A stretch of 64,000 bases of DNA, taken from NCBI GenBank assembly GCA_964016885.1, contig OZ024742.1, positions 5,766,001-5,830,000 of the forward strand. The letters run 5' to 3'. Shown in pieces: positions 43,386-55,833 of the stretch; position 1 is the first letter of the stretch; the number at the start of each line of letters is the position of its first letter. Made by a program: the position numbers and the translations under genes. The DNA comes from Eledone cirrhosa. Taxonomy: Eukaryota. The notes under the pieces are model-generated. The model was not told the origin of the DNA and did not search any database. It saw only the letters and a list, made by a program, of their open reading frames with translations.

Positions 43386-46300
43386 CAACAACCACAGCAA
43401 CAGCGGCAGTCGTAGTAGCAGCAGCAACAACAAAAGTAACAGCAGCTCTGACGACGACAACAACAACAACAACAAATAAAAACCAATCTCGTTTGCAGGT
43501 ATCGCAAAGAACCTGGAAACCATCCTCATAACAAATGAGGAATTAGAGGAAGCAAAGAAGATGGTAACCAAAACCAGACACCGAGCAATCTGCAAGGCAG
43601 CCGAAACATTTTTCGAAACCCTACAGCACTGTACGGTCACGTAGCGTACAGTAAGCACAAAATCCCGTAGGGTTGAAAGAGCCACAGAGGCTCAAATACA
43701 AAAAGCCTTAGGGTCTGTGTGGCAGCGGAAAACACACATCACCCGATGCAAGAAATATGCCACCGTAGACGCACTTTTTGCCACACCCCAGGAGGCAAAG
43801 GCTCAATCCTTAGTGACCCTAAGGAGCGAGGAAATGGTGTTGGTGCCCTCCTACTGCGGACAAAAAATTGTGAGGGTCAAACTGACCCCCCCCCCCCCGG
43901 ATGGCCCCTTCTTGGCTGGCCGCGTCTGTCCTCGTCGGAATCGAGGACAAAACAACTGTTCTGCAAGTACAGAAAAAAGTACGAGAAGATTGGGTCGGCA
44001 CCTCTATTGAGATGTTAATCCAAACCAACCAGGAGTGCATCGAAGTTATCCCGGATGTGATAGACTTCGATAACGGCACTCAACTGCCCATAAGTGTTGA
44101 GGGCAAACGCCTGAAATGCTATCGCTGTGGATCGAAGACTCACCTCAGGGCCTTCTGCAATGAGAACACCCTGAGAAAGGAGAAAATCCCCCTCCTTCCG
44201 AAACCGGCTCCACTGCTACGAGCAACAGGACAGGCGGCAACCAGGAAGGATAGGTCCGTGGCACCCATACCCACGCCACGGAAATTAAGAACAGCAGCAG
44301 CAGCAGTGGAAGTATTAACAACAACAACAACAGCAATACCAACTGCAGCTGCAACAGAGACTCCACTGCAAACATCACCAACAACAACAAGTGAAATAGT
44401 GGAGCTGGTACCCCTCCCCGACCTCACAAAATCGGACATGGAGTGTGAGGTGGGAGAGGGATGGCAAAAGGTCGCATCGTCGCCTTCGAAAAGGGAGGAA
44501 AGAAACGAAAAAAGGGTAAAGGCTACTGCAAAGAGACTTACAGCAGCAACACCACCAACACCATCACCACCCACACTAGCACCACCATCACCACCGGCAG
44601 CAACCCCACCGCCAACAACAACAACACCTTCAACACAACCACCAAAAGCACCAACATCGCAAACAACAAAACACACACGCCCAGCAACAACGACAAGAAA
44701 ATAGCAGAACCACACCCCACCCCCAGAAAAACAAATGCACAGCAATAAATACACAACAAGAAACTAATGACTTACATAACTGAACACAGAGACATTTCAC
44801 AGCACGACTACATAATACCAGCACCAATCAAAACACCAACGAACATAAGACTGGTAAGAATAGCACATAAACAATACACAAACATTAAACCGAAATTCCC
44901 CAACGCAGTTGGTGATTTCAGAGACCTAGGAGGGACACTGAACCGGAGGGTATATTCGGATATACTCACAGAAGAACCGACGACCAGCCGAAGGGACGAT
45001 TCAACAGTCCCTTCACCAGACGATCAAGTGAAAAGGGATGGAGAAACCATCCTTCCTCTGCGAGAAGTAAGGTAAGTGTTTTTCCCATCTTTTCCACTCC
45101 ATTTCAACATGACCTCACTCAGAATAGGCAGCATAAATGCGCGTGGCTTGGGGTCGTCATGGAAGCAGGGCCACCTGCTCAACGACCTCAGGTCACTAAA
45201 CATAGATGTAGTGATCATCAGCGAGACCAGAATCTCCGAAGCACGGGCCTTCGCACCGATCTTCGGTGGCTACGATGTGTACGCATCTCCCAGCCGTCCT
45301 GGATCGGGGGAGGAGTTGCTGTGCTTTTTCGGAGAGGTTTGGTTCTCGCCATACGGGCCATCTTCCTGGACCCAGAAGGTAAGTTGGTGGTGCTGGACGT
45401 GACCAGCGGAGAAGGGCAAGCTTTCAGGCTAGTGGCTGTCTATGCCCCGACAGGAGCAGGGCGGCCTGATTTCTTCCGGCGTCTGGAGACCTTTCTAGGA
45501 ACGTCCCACTCTTTAGTGTTAGTGGGCGACTGGAATGGGATTTTAGATGCACGCTGGGACTGTGTGGTATTAGCGGATAGGGGAGGAGGGTGCAAGAGCC
45601 TCACCAACCTGCTCAGGCGTTTTGAACTGTCTGACAGGTACCGATTGTATTTCCCGAATGTGCCAATGTGGACTTGGACAAATCGCATAGGGTCATCCAG
45701 ATCATATCTAAATAAAGTATTTTGTAGGGAAATAGATAGGTCTAGCATAAGCTGTCCACAATTCAAGATAGTCAGCTGCACGGACCACAAATTCGTGATC
45801 TGTGTGCTTGACTTAGATAGGCTTCATAGACGAGGACCCGGTTATTGCTAAACGCGTCCTTACCAGCACGCAAGGCCTACAGAGACCGGATTAGCGAAGT
45901 AGTTAAGCAAGCGTTGACGGGGACCATCGTCAACAACAAGTGGTGGTTTGCTCTGAAAAGATAGATTAGAATAGAGTCCATTAGGTTTAGTAAGGCTTTA
46001 GCTATAGAGAAAAATATAGCAGAGGGAGAATTAGTTAGAAAATTAGACGAGGCGCTTAGCAAAGGCATCGCGACCGACGTACTTGCGGCGAATTTGGCCC
46101 TTGACCAATTCTTCAATGCAAAGCACGAAGGTTGCGTTGTCAGAGCTAGGGTGCGTGCTCTCCACACGAGTGGACGAAAGCCGTTCAATGGGCTCGAGTA
46201 GCGGAGGCGCGTCGTGGCAACAAAGCCACGATCCGGTCTTTGGTGGACCACGACGGGCGCATGCTACTCGATCCCGGGAAAATGTATGAAGCTTTTCAGC

Positions 46301-48751
46301 GACACTTCGCTCAAATGTTCGGGGGCAGCGGCGGGTCAGATCGAGGGATGGACTTTAGTGTCTACCTCGACGGCCACTGAGGCGGAGTGTTGCGAAAAGC
46401 CGATAACATCCGCTGAAGTAGGGGAGGAAATGACTGGCTGCACAAGGGGTAAATCGCCTGGTTTGGATGGTCTGCCCTATGAACTTTACGTACAGATGCC
46501 AGACTTGTTCGGAGGCCTCTTGGCGGACGTCTACTGCAACTGGCAACAGAACGGGAGGATTCCCAGCTCTGTGAGCCGAGGAGCAGTGGCGTTGCTGAGA
46601 AAGGATCCGAGCAAGGGGTATAACATAGATAATTTCAGGCCCATAACTCTGCTAAACACAGAGTTCAAGATTTTGGCCAAGGTGCTAGCAAAGAGGTTGG
46701 CGCTTGTCGTTGGTGGTCTGGTGGGGGAGGCGCAGACATGCGCCATTCCCGACAGATCCATCCACGACAACCTCCACTTCATGCGATACATCGTAGAGAG
46801 GGTAGCTAGGGAATCTGGCACGGGTGGGTCCTTGATCAATTTTGATCAGTCGAAAGCTTTCGTTAGGGTCGACCATCGTTACCTAGCGGCAGTCCTGAAG
46901 GCGGCTGGCTTTGGGCCCGTCTTCAGAGGCTGGATCGCTGCCATGCACAAAGACATCTGCTCTGTGGTGTGAGTGAACGGTCACCTTTCAGAACCGTTCA
47001 ACATCATGCGCTCAGTTCGCCAAGGATGTCCCCTCTCGTCCCTTTTGTACGTATTGACTCTCGAGCCATTACTGCATAAACTGGAGACGTTGAGGGGCGT
47101 CCCGCGCAAACTAGGATGCGGAAGATCCGCGTCAGCATATGCGGACGATGTCACCGTAGTGGTGTCGAACGCCAAACAAATCGAGCCGATCGGCACTACA
47201 CTAAGAGAATACGAAGCGGTGACAGGAGCAATGATCAACCAGGAAAAGTCAGTGGGCCTGCAGCTCGGCACCTGGAGAGGAAGGTCCATTCCGTACAACA
47301 GCGTCGTCGGGCGCTGGACGGAGGGACCAGTTAAATTGCTAGGGGTCTGGTTCGGTCCGGACCTCCAGACGGACAAAACCTGGGACGAGGTGACGAGCAC
47401 GGTGGTTTCTCTCACCCAGAAATGGGCGGAGAGGAAGCTATCCCTGAAAGGTCGAGCGGAGGTGGCTAACGCGTACATCGCGTCCGTCATCTGCTACCGC
47501 CTGACCGTCGTACCTTGTCCTAAGACCCGCCTGACTGCGCTGGAGCGTTTGCTCTTTCGCTTTTTGTGGAAGGGACGCGCTCCGATGGTCAGGCGGTCCA
47601 TCTGTTGTCAACACCCGCTACGTGGAGGGCTGGGCATGCCCTGGCTGATGATGCGCTGACACGCGCTCAGGCTACGACATCTACACCTCTTCCTCGACGG
47701 TGATCAGGTGTGGTTGCCGTTTGCTAGACGCGTCTTTCCCCAGCTCGTCTCCTTGACGGAGCTGCAGTCCTGGGTCAAGCGAAGACCGAGAGTGAGCGCT
47801 TGGAGACTGGAATGTCTTCAGGCGCTCACAGACCTCGACCAATCGGGCAATGTGATCGGTGGAAACTCCACCTCGGCGTTCTATAGAGGATTAGTGGTGG
47901 GGAAGAGCGACGACGTACTTGGGGAAACTCTAGGCCTCGACGAAAATCAACTAGCCAATCTCTTCGGAAGAACTTCCGGGCCGGGGCCTATGGACAACTT
48001 CCAGAAATCCCTCGCCTGGCAGTGCTACCGAGGAGCCTTGCCAGTTCGGGATAAACTCTACAGGCATGGAGGTGCCGTCAGCCGGGCATGTCCGAGATAC
48101 GCGCAGGGCGACGAAACCGTCCTGCACGCACTCGTCCAGTGTCCGAGAATTGCTGACTTGTGGGTTTATGTCGAACACCTGCTGTCGCGTGTAGGACGCA
48201 TCCGGCTATCAGCTGAGTCCATTGTGAAGATTACCCCGCCCTCTTCCTTTAGCCGGGAAGGGCAGGCATTTTTTATCTGTCTGGTGGCCATGGCGAAAGA
48301 GATAGTATGGTGGACGCGTTTGAAAGGGCTGAAGACGAGTAGTTACCTCTTCGGTGATGCCCTGATTGACTTTTTCAAATTTCATTTGAAAAGGAAAATC
48401 AGAGTAGAGAGGGAAGTGCTCTCTTCCCAGCATTTTGTTGAAAGATGGGTGAGAGAAGCAAGTATGGCCCGAGTGAATGGGCCTACTCTGAGTATGTGTC
48501 TGTAAATTAAAGGTGGAAAACTGGGAGAGGGCACTTGCCCTGGTGGTCAGGGTCACTGTGGCCTTTTAATGGGCTTTCTCCACAAATGTCCCTCGGAAGT
48601 CTCCCCCCTATTGGGGAATTTTTCATTGTTATTTTTTTATTACATCCTCTGTTTTTTTACACGCCGAAATGCCCATTTGTACCGTACTGTATTGTCCTGC
48701 ACTGTCCTTAATGTCTACTTTATGTAAACCCTTGTGGTTAATAAAGAAAGC
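42751..48751 (+). mobile_element. Full-length Tx1-like LINE, inactivated (ORF1 ~42964-45075; ORF2 45109-48505)
   Basis: ORF1 zinc knuckle CYRCGSKTHLRAFC; APE NARGL/ISET/GDWN/TDH; RT KSPGLDGLP, FRPITLLN, QGCPLS, AYADD; zf-RVT; multiple stops and frameshifts; (TTA)n flanks. Confidence 0.95.
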
Positions 48752-48775
48752 ATTATTATTATTATTATTATTATT

Positions 48776-51700
48776 GGTCTAAGCGGACGTATTTTTCTCG
48801 CTCACAGTAAGTCGCTTTATTTGCCTGTTTAAATTATTTCTTGTTAAATATTTCTTGTTGTGTAAGGGATATAAGCCCTTAGACTTTGCCCCGTGAAGGG
48901 GAAAGTATAATATTTGGGCCTTTTGGCCCAAATATTTGAACTATTTTTTACATGTTAAAAAATTTACGAAGAAAAAAAAACATGGCTGAGCCACGCCCCC
49001 AGCGATATGTCGGCTGTCGTGCAACAACGACGTAGAAGTTGAGAGGAGCGCTACAGCGAAATGAACACAAATTGATAACACAAACACCACCACAAACAAG
49101 GTAAACAAAGACACCAATGATACCAATAAGAACTCTAATTTTGAAAAAAATGACAGTAACAGCGACAACGAAAATACAGATAACAAAAAAAAAATAACAA
49201 ATACAACAACAATATCAACACCACTAACATGAAAACACATAGCGACAAAACCAACAGCAACAATACCAACTGCACCGAGAACAACGGTGGCAACAAAGAC
49301 ATCAATGATAACAGCGACAGTGCTAACAACAACACCAACAAGAACAACGTCAACAACACCCCCAACGAAAACCAGAAGAACACTTTCGCTGCGGCAGCAG
49401 CAAAACAGAGGCCATGCTTCAATATGGACCTCTCAAACAAAGATGAAAAGTTGGCCCAGGCATGGAAGCTCATCAAGCAGAGCAAACTTGGGCCAACTTA
49501 ACTGTCCCGGTAGAAGCTATTGAGGCAGTGGAGCGCAAAACGGTGCATTATAGATGCATCTCAGCACAAACCAAAAGGGCAGCGTTAATCCCACAAGAAG
49601 ATGTCGAAGTCGCGCTGAGGTGCATCAGAGAAGACACCCAGTACATAGAGAGGGGCAGACAGTACGGCACCATTTCGGTGTTGTTCAAGTCAGAAGCCCT
49701 CGCTATGAAACACGCTATGACTCCTTGCAAAACCAGCAAGGTCATAATGTACCCCTCCCACATGAGAAAAAGAACGGCCCGTCTCCGGATTCCCAGAATC
49801 CCACCAGGACTTGACATGTGGTGGCTTCTGGGATGTGTGATTGTGGAGGGGACGGATACAGTCCCTATAGGAGTAACCAGAACGGCCAGAGAGGACTGGT
49901 CCGGGGTTGACCTGGAGATCCTTCTCCAGATCAGGCCCGAGAATGTGAAGACAATCCCAGACCACATCCGCCTTCAGAATGGGACTGTCATTTACATTAT
50001 GACCGAAGGCAAAAGGCCGCAGTGTTTTGTTTGTGAGGAAAAAACCCATTTGCGAGCCTTCTGCCCTCAACTGCTGAAAGAGGCAAGGGGTTGAAAGGCT
50101 CCACTGCTGCCGACGCCGGGGCGAGGACCACAACCAACACCTGCACCGGCAAAACCACCAACAACAACACCAATAGAAAGACCACCACCAACATTGACCA
50201 CCCAGGGGGGGAAAGGAGGAAAGCTGTCAAATTCCCCCCCCCCCAAATACACACACAAATAAAACCTTAAACATACATACAGACACACTTACAGACACAG
50301 ACCCCTCATCTACCAGTAGTGAAAATGAGGGAAATCCAAAATCCCCCAAAATACAAAAAAGGAAACACAAAAAGAAAAAAAAACTCAACAAAGCACAAAA
50401 GCACCCACAATAAAAAACGCAGACACCACCCACGCAAACATCTCTCCAATAACACCAACATCAACACCACCATCACCATCACCAGAATCCCTCAAACGCA
50501 AACAACCGAAACAGACGCAAGAACAAATATACACACAAACATCTGAAACCACAGACACCGCACTCACAACAAACACAGATACAACCGAAACAACACCACC
50601 AAAACCATCACCACCACAGCCACGCAAACAAATAAAATCACATCAACAAAACATACAAAACTTCGTTCTCGTCAGGAGGGCCAACAAGCAACTGATGGCC
50701 CTCGTAGCACGAAGTGAAAATATACAAAAAGAGGGGGAAATTTTAAAATCGAGCACATTTCGCGTGCCGGAAGATTTGGTTCTGGTGCGAATGTCGCTCG
50801 ACATATTCAAAGAAATACGAGACAGCTTTCCTCGGAACGTGGGAACCCCGAACGTAAAACCCACTTCAAGACTTTTAAAGGGGTTCCCAAAAGAAACCCA
50901 ACTAACTATGGAGGTCGAACAACCCGACCTTCACAAGAGCCCGGAAGGTAAGTAAACCTTCCTCTCTCTCTGTTTAACCTGCCAACATGGCCGTATTAAG
51001 AGTAGGATGTTTAAATGTTCGAGGCCTGGGATCGTCCTGGAAGCAGGCTCATCTGCTCAACGACCTCAGGTCTATAGAAATGGATGTAATTGCAGTCAGC
51101 GAGACCAGGATTTCCGACACGCTCGCACTAGCCCCCATTTTCGACGACTATCAGATCTTTGTATCTGTTAGCCGGCCGGGAATGGGAGGCGGGGTGGCAG
51201 TGCTGTTTAGGAAAGGCCTGGATCTCGAGGTAAGCTCGATCTACCGGGACCCGGACGGGAAGCTGGTGGTCCTGGACGTGAACAATAATGAAGGTGGTGC
51301 CTTTAGACTGGTGGCCGTCTATGCTCCTACTGGGGCAGGACGGCCGGACTTCTTTAGACGCCTGGAAGCCTTTCTGGGAACGTCTCGCCCTTTACTGTTA
51401 GCGGGGGACTGGAACGGCATCTTAGACGCACGCTGGGACTGTGTGGGAGTATCCGATAGGAGCGAGGGGTGCAAAAGCCTCAAGAACCAGATCAGCCAGT
51501 TCCAACTGTCTGACAGGTACCGACTAGATCTCCCTAATGCGCCAGTGTGGACCTGGGCTAACCGCATAGGGTCATCTAGATCGTATATAGACAGGATATT
51601 CATTAGGAAAATAGACAGAAATAGTGTAAGCTGTCCACGTTTTGAAACAGTCGCCTATTCAGATCACAAGTTTGTGATCTGTATGGTTGACCTAGATAAG

Positions 51701-54680
51701 ACGCGTAGGTTCGGACCTGGTTACTGGAAGCTAAACATGTCATTTCCGGCACATAAGGCTTACAGGGACCAGGTCAACAATTTAGTTAAGAAAAAGTTGA
51801 CAGGGGGAGTCGTCAACAATAGATGGTGGGGGGCTCTCAAAAGAGAGATTAGAGTAATATCGATAGAGTTTAGCAAAGTAGTAGCATTAGAGAAAAATAG
51901 AAAGGGGGGGGGGGGTAGATAAGTTAGACGAGGCTATTGGTAGTGGCATTGCAACTGATGTGCTAGCGGCGAGAATGGTATTAGACCATTTTTTCAATGC
52001 GAAACACGGTTGCATTGTCAGAGCTAAGGCGCGTGCTCTGAGAAACGAGGGAACCAAAACTGTTCGATGGGCCCGCGTGGCAGAGGCGCAGCGTGGTAAT
52101 AAAACCACGATTCGGTCTTTGACGGACCAAGACGGGCACAAGCTGAGCGATTCCAAGAGGATGTGTGAGGCCTTTCGCCAACATTTTGCTCGGTTGTTCG
52201 GGGAAAGTGGCGGGTCAGAGATGGTGGCGGACTTCAGTCCCTACCTCGATGGCTTGCCGCAACTCTCGACTGCTGACGCTGGGCGCTGCGAAAGGCCAAT
52301 TACTTCAGCCGAGATTCAGGATGCCCTTGTAGGCTGCATGAGGCGCAAGTCACCCGGTTTGGATGGTCTGCCCTACGAGCTTTACGTAAATATGCCAGAC
52401 TTGTTCTCCAATCTCCTCGAAGCCCTCTACTGCAACTGGCAGCAAAACGGGAGTATTCCCAGTTCTGTGAGCCGGGGCGTAGTGACGCTGATAAGGAAAG
52501 ACAAGAACAAGAGGGACACATTGGACAATTTCAGGCCCATAACTCTGCTCAACACAGAGTTTAAGATTTTGGCCAGGGTGTTAGCGAAGAGGCTGGCGCT
52601 TGTCGTCGGGGATTTGGTTGGGGAGGCGCAAACTTGCGCAATCCCAACAAGGTCCATACACGACAACCTCCACCTAATGCGATACATCATAGAAAGGGTA
52701 GGGTGTAAACCTGGCTTCGGTGGGGCTCTGATCAATTTAGATCAATCGAAAGCATTCGATAGGGTCCACCATCGGTACCTGGAGGCTGTCCTCAAGGCTG
52801 CTGGCTTCGGCCCCGTCTTCAGAAGCTGGATCGCTGCAATGCACAGCGGCACCTGCTCGATGGTCAAAATTAATGGCCACCTCTCGTAACCGTTTCAGGT
52901 CTCCCGATCGGTCCGTCAAGGGTGCCCTCTCTCCTCCCTTCTGTACGTATTGACTCTCGAGCCTTTACTGTGGAAGCTGGAGCTGTTTCAGGGCATCCCG
53001 CTCGAACCGGGACGCGGAAAGGCTGTGTCGGCTTATGCGGACGACATCACCGTGATGGTGTCGGACACTTCAGAAATCGAGGTGGTCGGCAACTTATTGG
53101 AGGAATATGAAAGGTTGACGGGAGCAAAACTTAACCCGTAAAAGTTAGTAGGCTTGCAACTCGAGACCTGGAAAGGCAAGTCCATGCCGTCCAACAGCGT
53201 CGTTAGGCGCTGGACAGGACGGACCGGTAAAGTTGCTCGGGGTTTGGTTCGGGCCAGACCTCCAGGTGGATAAGAACTGGGACGGGGTGACGGGCAGGGT
53301 AGTCAGTCTCACCCAGAAATGGGCTGGGATGAAGCTATCACTGAAAGGTCGGGCGGAGGTGGCAAACGCGTACATCGCGTCCGTCATCTACTACCGTCTG
53401 ACTGTCGTCCCTTGCCCCCGTTCGCGCCTCGCCATCTTGGAGCGGCTCCTCTTCAAATTCTTGTGGAGGGGTCAGGTTCTGCTGGTGAGGCGGTCCATCT
53501 GCTGCCAGCACCCTCTACGTGGAGGGCTGGGCATGCCGTGGCTAATGATGCGCAGGCACGCGCTGAGGCTGCGGCATCTCCAGATATTCTGCCTAAACGG
53601 TGAACAGGTGTGGTCGCCGTTTGTCAGACGGGCCTTTCCGCAGCTCGTTTCTTTGACTGAGTCTTTGACTGGGTCAAGAAGAGACCGAGACTGAGTGACT
53701 GGCATCTGGAATGTTGCTAGGCACTCACTGCCCTCTACCAGGCGGGCAATGCGGTCAGTGGAACTTCCACTCTCGAGTTCTATAGAGGATTAGTGGTGGG
53801 CAAGTGCGACGACGCACTCTGAGAGGCTCTGGGAGTCAACGAAGTCGAACTAACCAGTCTGTACCGGAACATTTTCGAGCCGGGGACGATGGATAATTTC
53901 CAAAAATCCCTCGCTTCGCAGTGCTATCGGGGGGGCACTGCCGGTTCGAGATAAATTCTACAGGCACGGAAGTGCAGTCAGACGGACCTGCCCCAGATGC
54001 GCGCAGAGCGACGAAACCGTTCTGCACGCACTCGTCCAGTGTCCGTGCATTACTGACTTGTGGAGTTATGTTGAAAAGCTGTTGTCGCGTGTAGAACGGA
54101 TCCGGCTATCGGCCGAGTCCATAGTAAATATCGACCCGCCACCTTCTTTTGGTCAGGAAGGGCAGGCAATGTTCCTCTGTCTGGTGGCAGTAGCGAAAGA
54201 GGTTGTATGGTGGACGAGGTTGGAAGGACTGAAGACAGACACTTTTCTCTTCGGCCAATCCCTCATCAACTTTTTCAAGTTTCACTTGGAAAGGAAGGTG
54301 AGGGTGGAGAGAGAAGTGCTGCCCGCCAGTACATTTGCTGAAAGGTGGGTGAATGTGGCGAGAATGGCCCGTGTGAGTGGGCCTACTCTGGTCATGCGGC
54401 TGTAGGTAGGTAAATTTGAAGAGGAGAGGGGTGCCTTTCCAGGGTGCTCTCGAAGCGTCGGGTCGTTCAGGACTGGTGGGGTACCTGAGCGAACCCTAGG
54501 TGGTCATCGCCCCTATTGGGGAATTTTTTCTTGTTGTAATTTTCTTGTTACTTTATTGTTACTTTGTTATTGTTACTTTGTTTATTCATATTGTTTACTC
54601 GATTTTTCTGTAAAACCCCACTGTCCCAGTCTTTTGTATTGTCCCCTATATGTCGGCCCTTGTGGCCAATACATGAAATC
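48776..54680 (+). mobile_element. Full-length Tx1-like LINE of a different family, inactivated (ORF1 ~48982-50955; ORF2 50987-54405)
   Basis: ORF1 CFVCEEKTHLRAFC; APE NVRGL/VSET/GDWN/IDRI/SDH/YWKLN; RT DQSKAFDRV, AYADD; (TTA)n flanks. Confidence 0.95.
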
Positions 54681-54696
54681 ATTATTATTATTATTA

Positions 54697-55099
54697 CAGT
54701 TGCATTTATCTTGCTTTATGTTCATACGAGTTATCACCAAGTCACAACCAGTGACCTCAAGAGACGACAAGGTCCGCCATGTTCAAGAAAGAACATACAT
54801 ACTCACACATGCATCATTAGTGTTTAGACTTGTGATGTACTTATATTGACAGAATCTTCCTTAGTATATAGGCAGTTCCCATTAGTACTATCTTTTGTAT
54901 TTCTCCTATACGCGGGTTTCCTGGGATTTGCGATAAGTAATCATTAGACCCCGTAGGTATCATTCCGAGAGCGCCTACAACCACTGGTATTGTTTTAGTT
55001 CTCAATTTCCACATTTTTCCAATTTCTATCTCCAGGTCCTTATACTTGCTTAATTTTTCAAATGTTTTTATAGATACATTCTTGTCTATTGGAACAGCA

Positions 55100-55100
<1 letters not shown>
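54697..55100 (-). mobile_element. R4/Dong-like 3' end (RLE C-terminus + 3' UTR)
   Basis: Minus-strand translation AVPIDKNVSIKTFEKLSKYKDLEIEIGKMWKLRTKTIPVVVGALG...IQKIVLMGTAYILRKILSI* (stop at 54841-54843); (TTA)n at 54681-54696 and 55101-55168; absent from the ORF track. Confidence 0.88.
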
Positions 55101-55170
<70 letters not shown>

Positions 55171-55579
55171 TTAAAAAGCCCAAGTTTTTCACTATGGTGG
55201 AACCTACATCTTAACGAAGAAATTAGATCCATCATATAACAGGGATCCACTTAAATAAACGCAAATCCTGGATTTCAGGTGAATACGTAGAAATTGAAAT
55301 AATAACCAATCATAAGTTCGGGTAATTCGAGTTAGAAACCTTCCTTTTTATTTTCTTTATTTTAGAAGAACAAACAATAAATAAATAGGAATCGAACGAT
55401 CGGATCCCAGATTTCATTAGCTTACCGAGTGAGGTGGAACCTGTCGGACCAAGGAAACGATGTACCCATTAGTCTTTCAAATTTCTGGTACTGTCTACCA
55501 GTCGTAACTCCTGGCAGAAAGAGAAAAACGTGAAAATAAAGTGTCTTCTTGAATGACGGACATAACGTATCACTTGGTG

Positions 55580-55650
55580 TTAGGGAATCTAACTCACAAC
55601 CTCAAGATTCTGAAACCAATGCTCTAACCACTAAACCAGGCGCCTTCAAC
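55580..55650 (-). mobile_element. tRNA-derived SINE head
   Basis: Minus strand tgaaggcgcctggtttagtggttagagc...gtgagttagattccc (A and B boxes); no acceptor stem. Confidence 0.6.
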
Positions 55651-55833
55651 AAAGAAATAAAGAAAGAAAGAAGAAAGAAAAGAAAAGTTTTGTAAAAGAA
55701 GAAAAATGGTGAGAGGAAGAACTTATTGGAAGAATGTTCAATGATACTCAACTGGTTCTAAAATATGTCAGACTTTCCAAATAACAATTGAGAAATCGGA
55801 TTTCTTTGTGGAATCATCGTAGAGAGATTTTAG

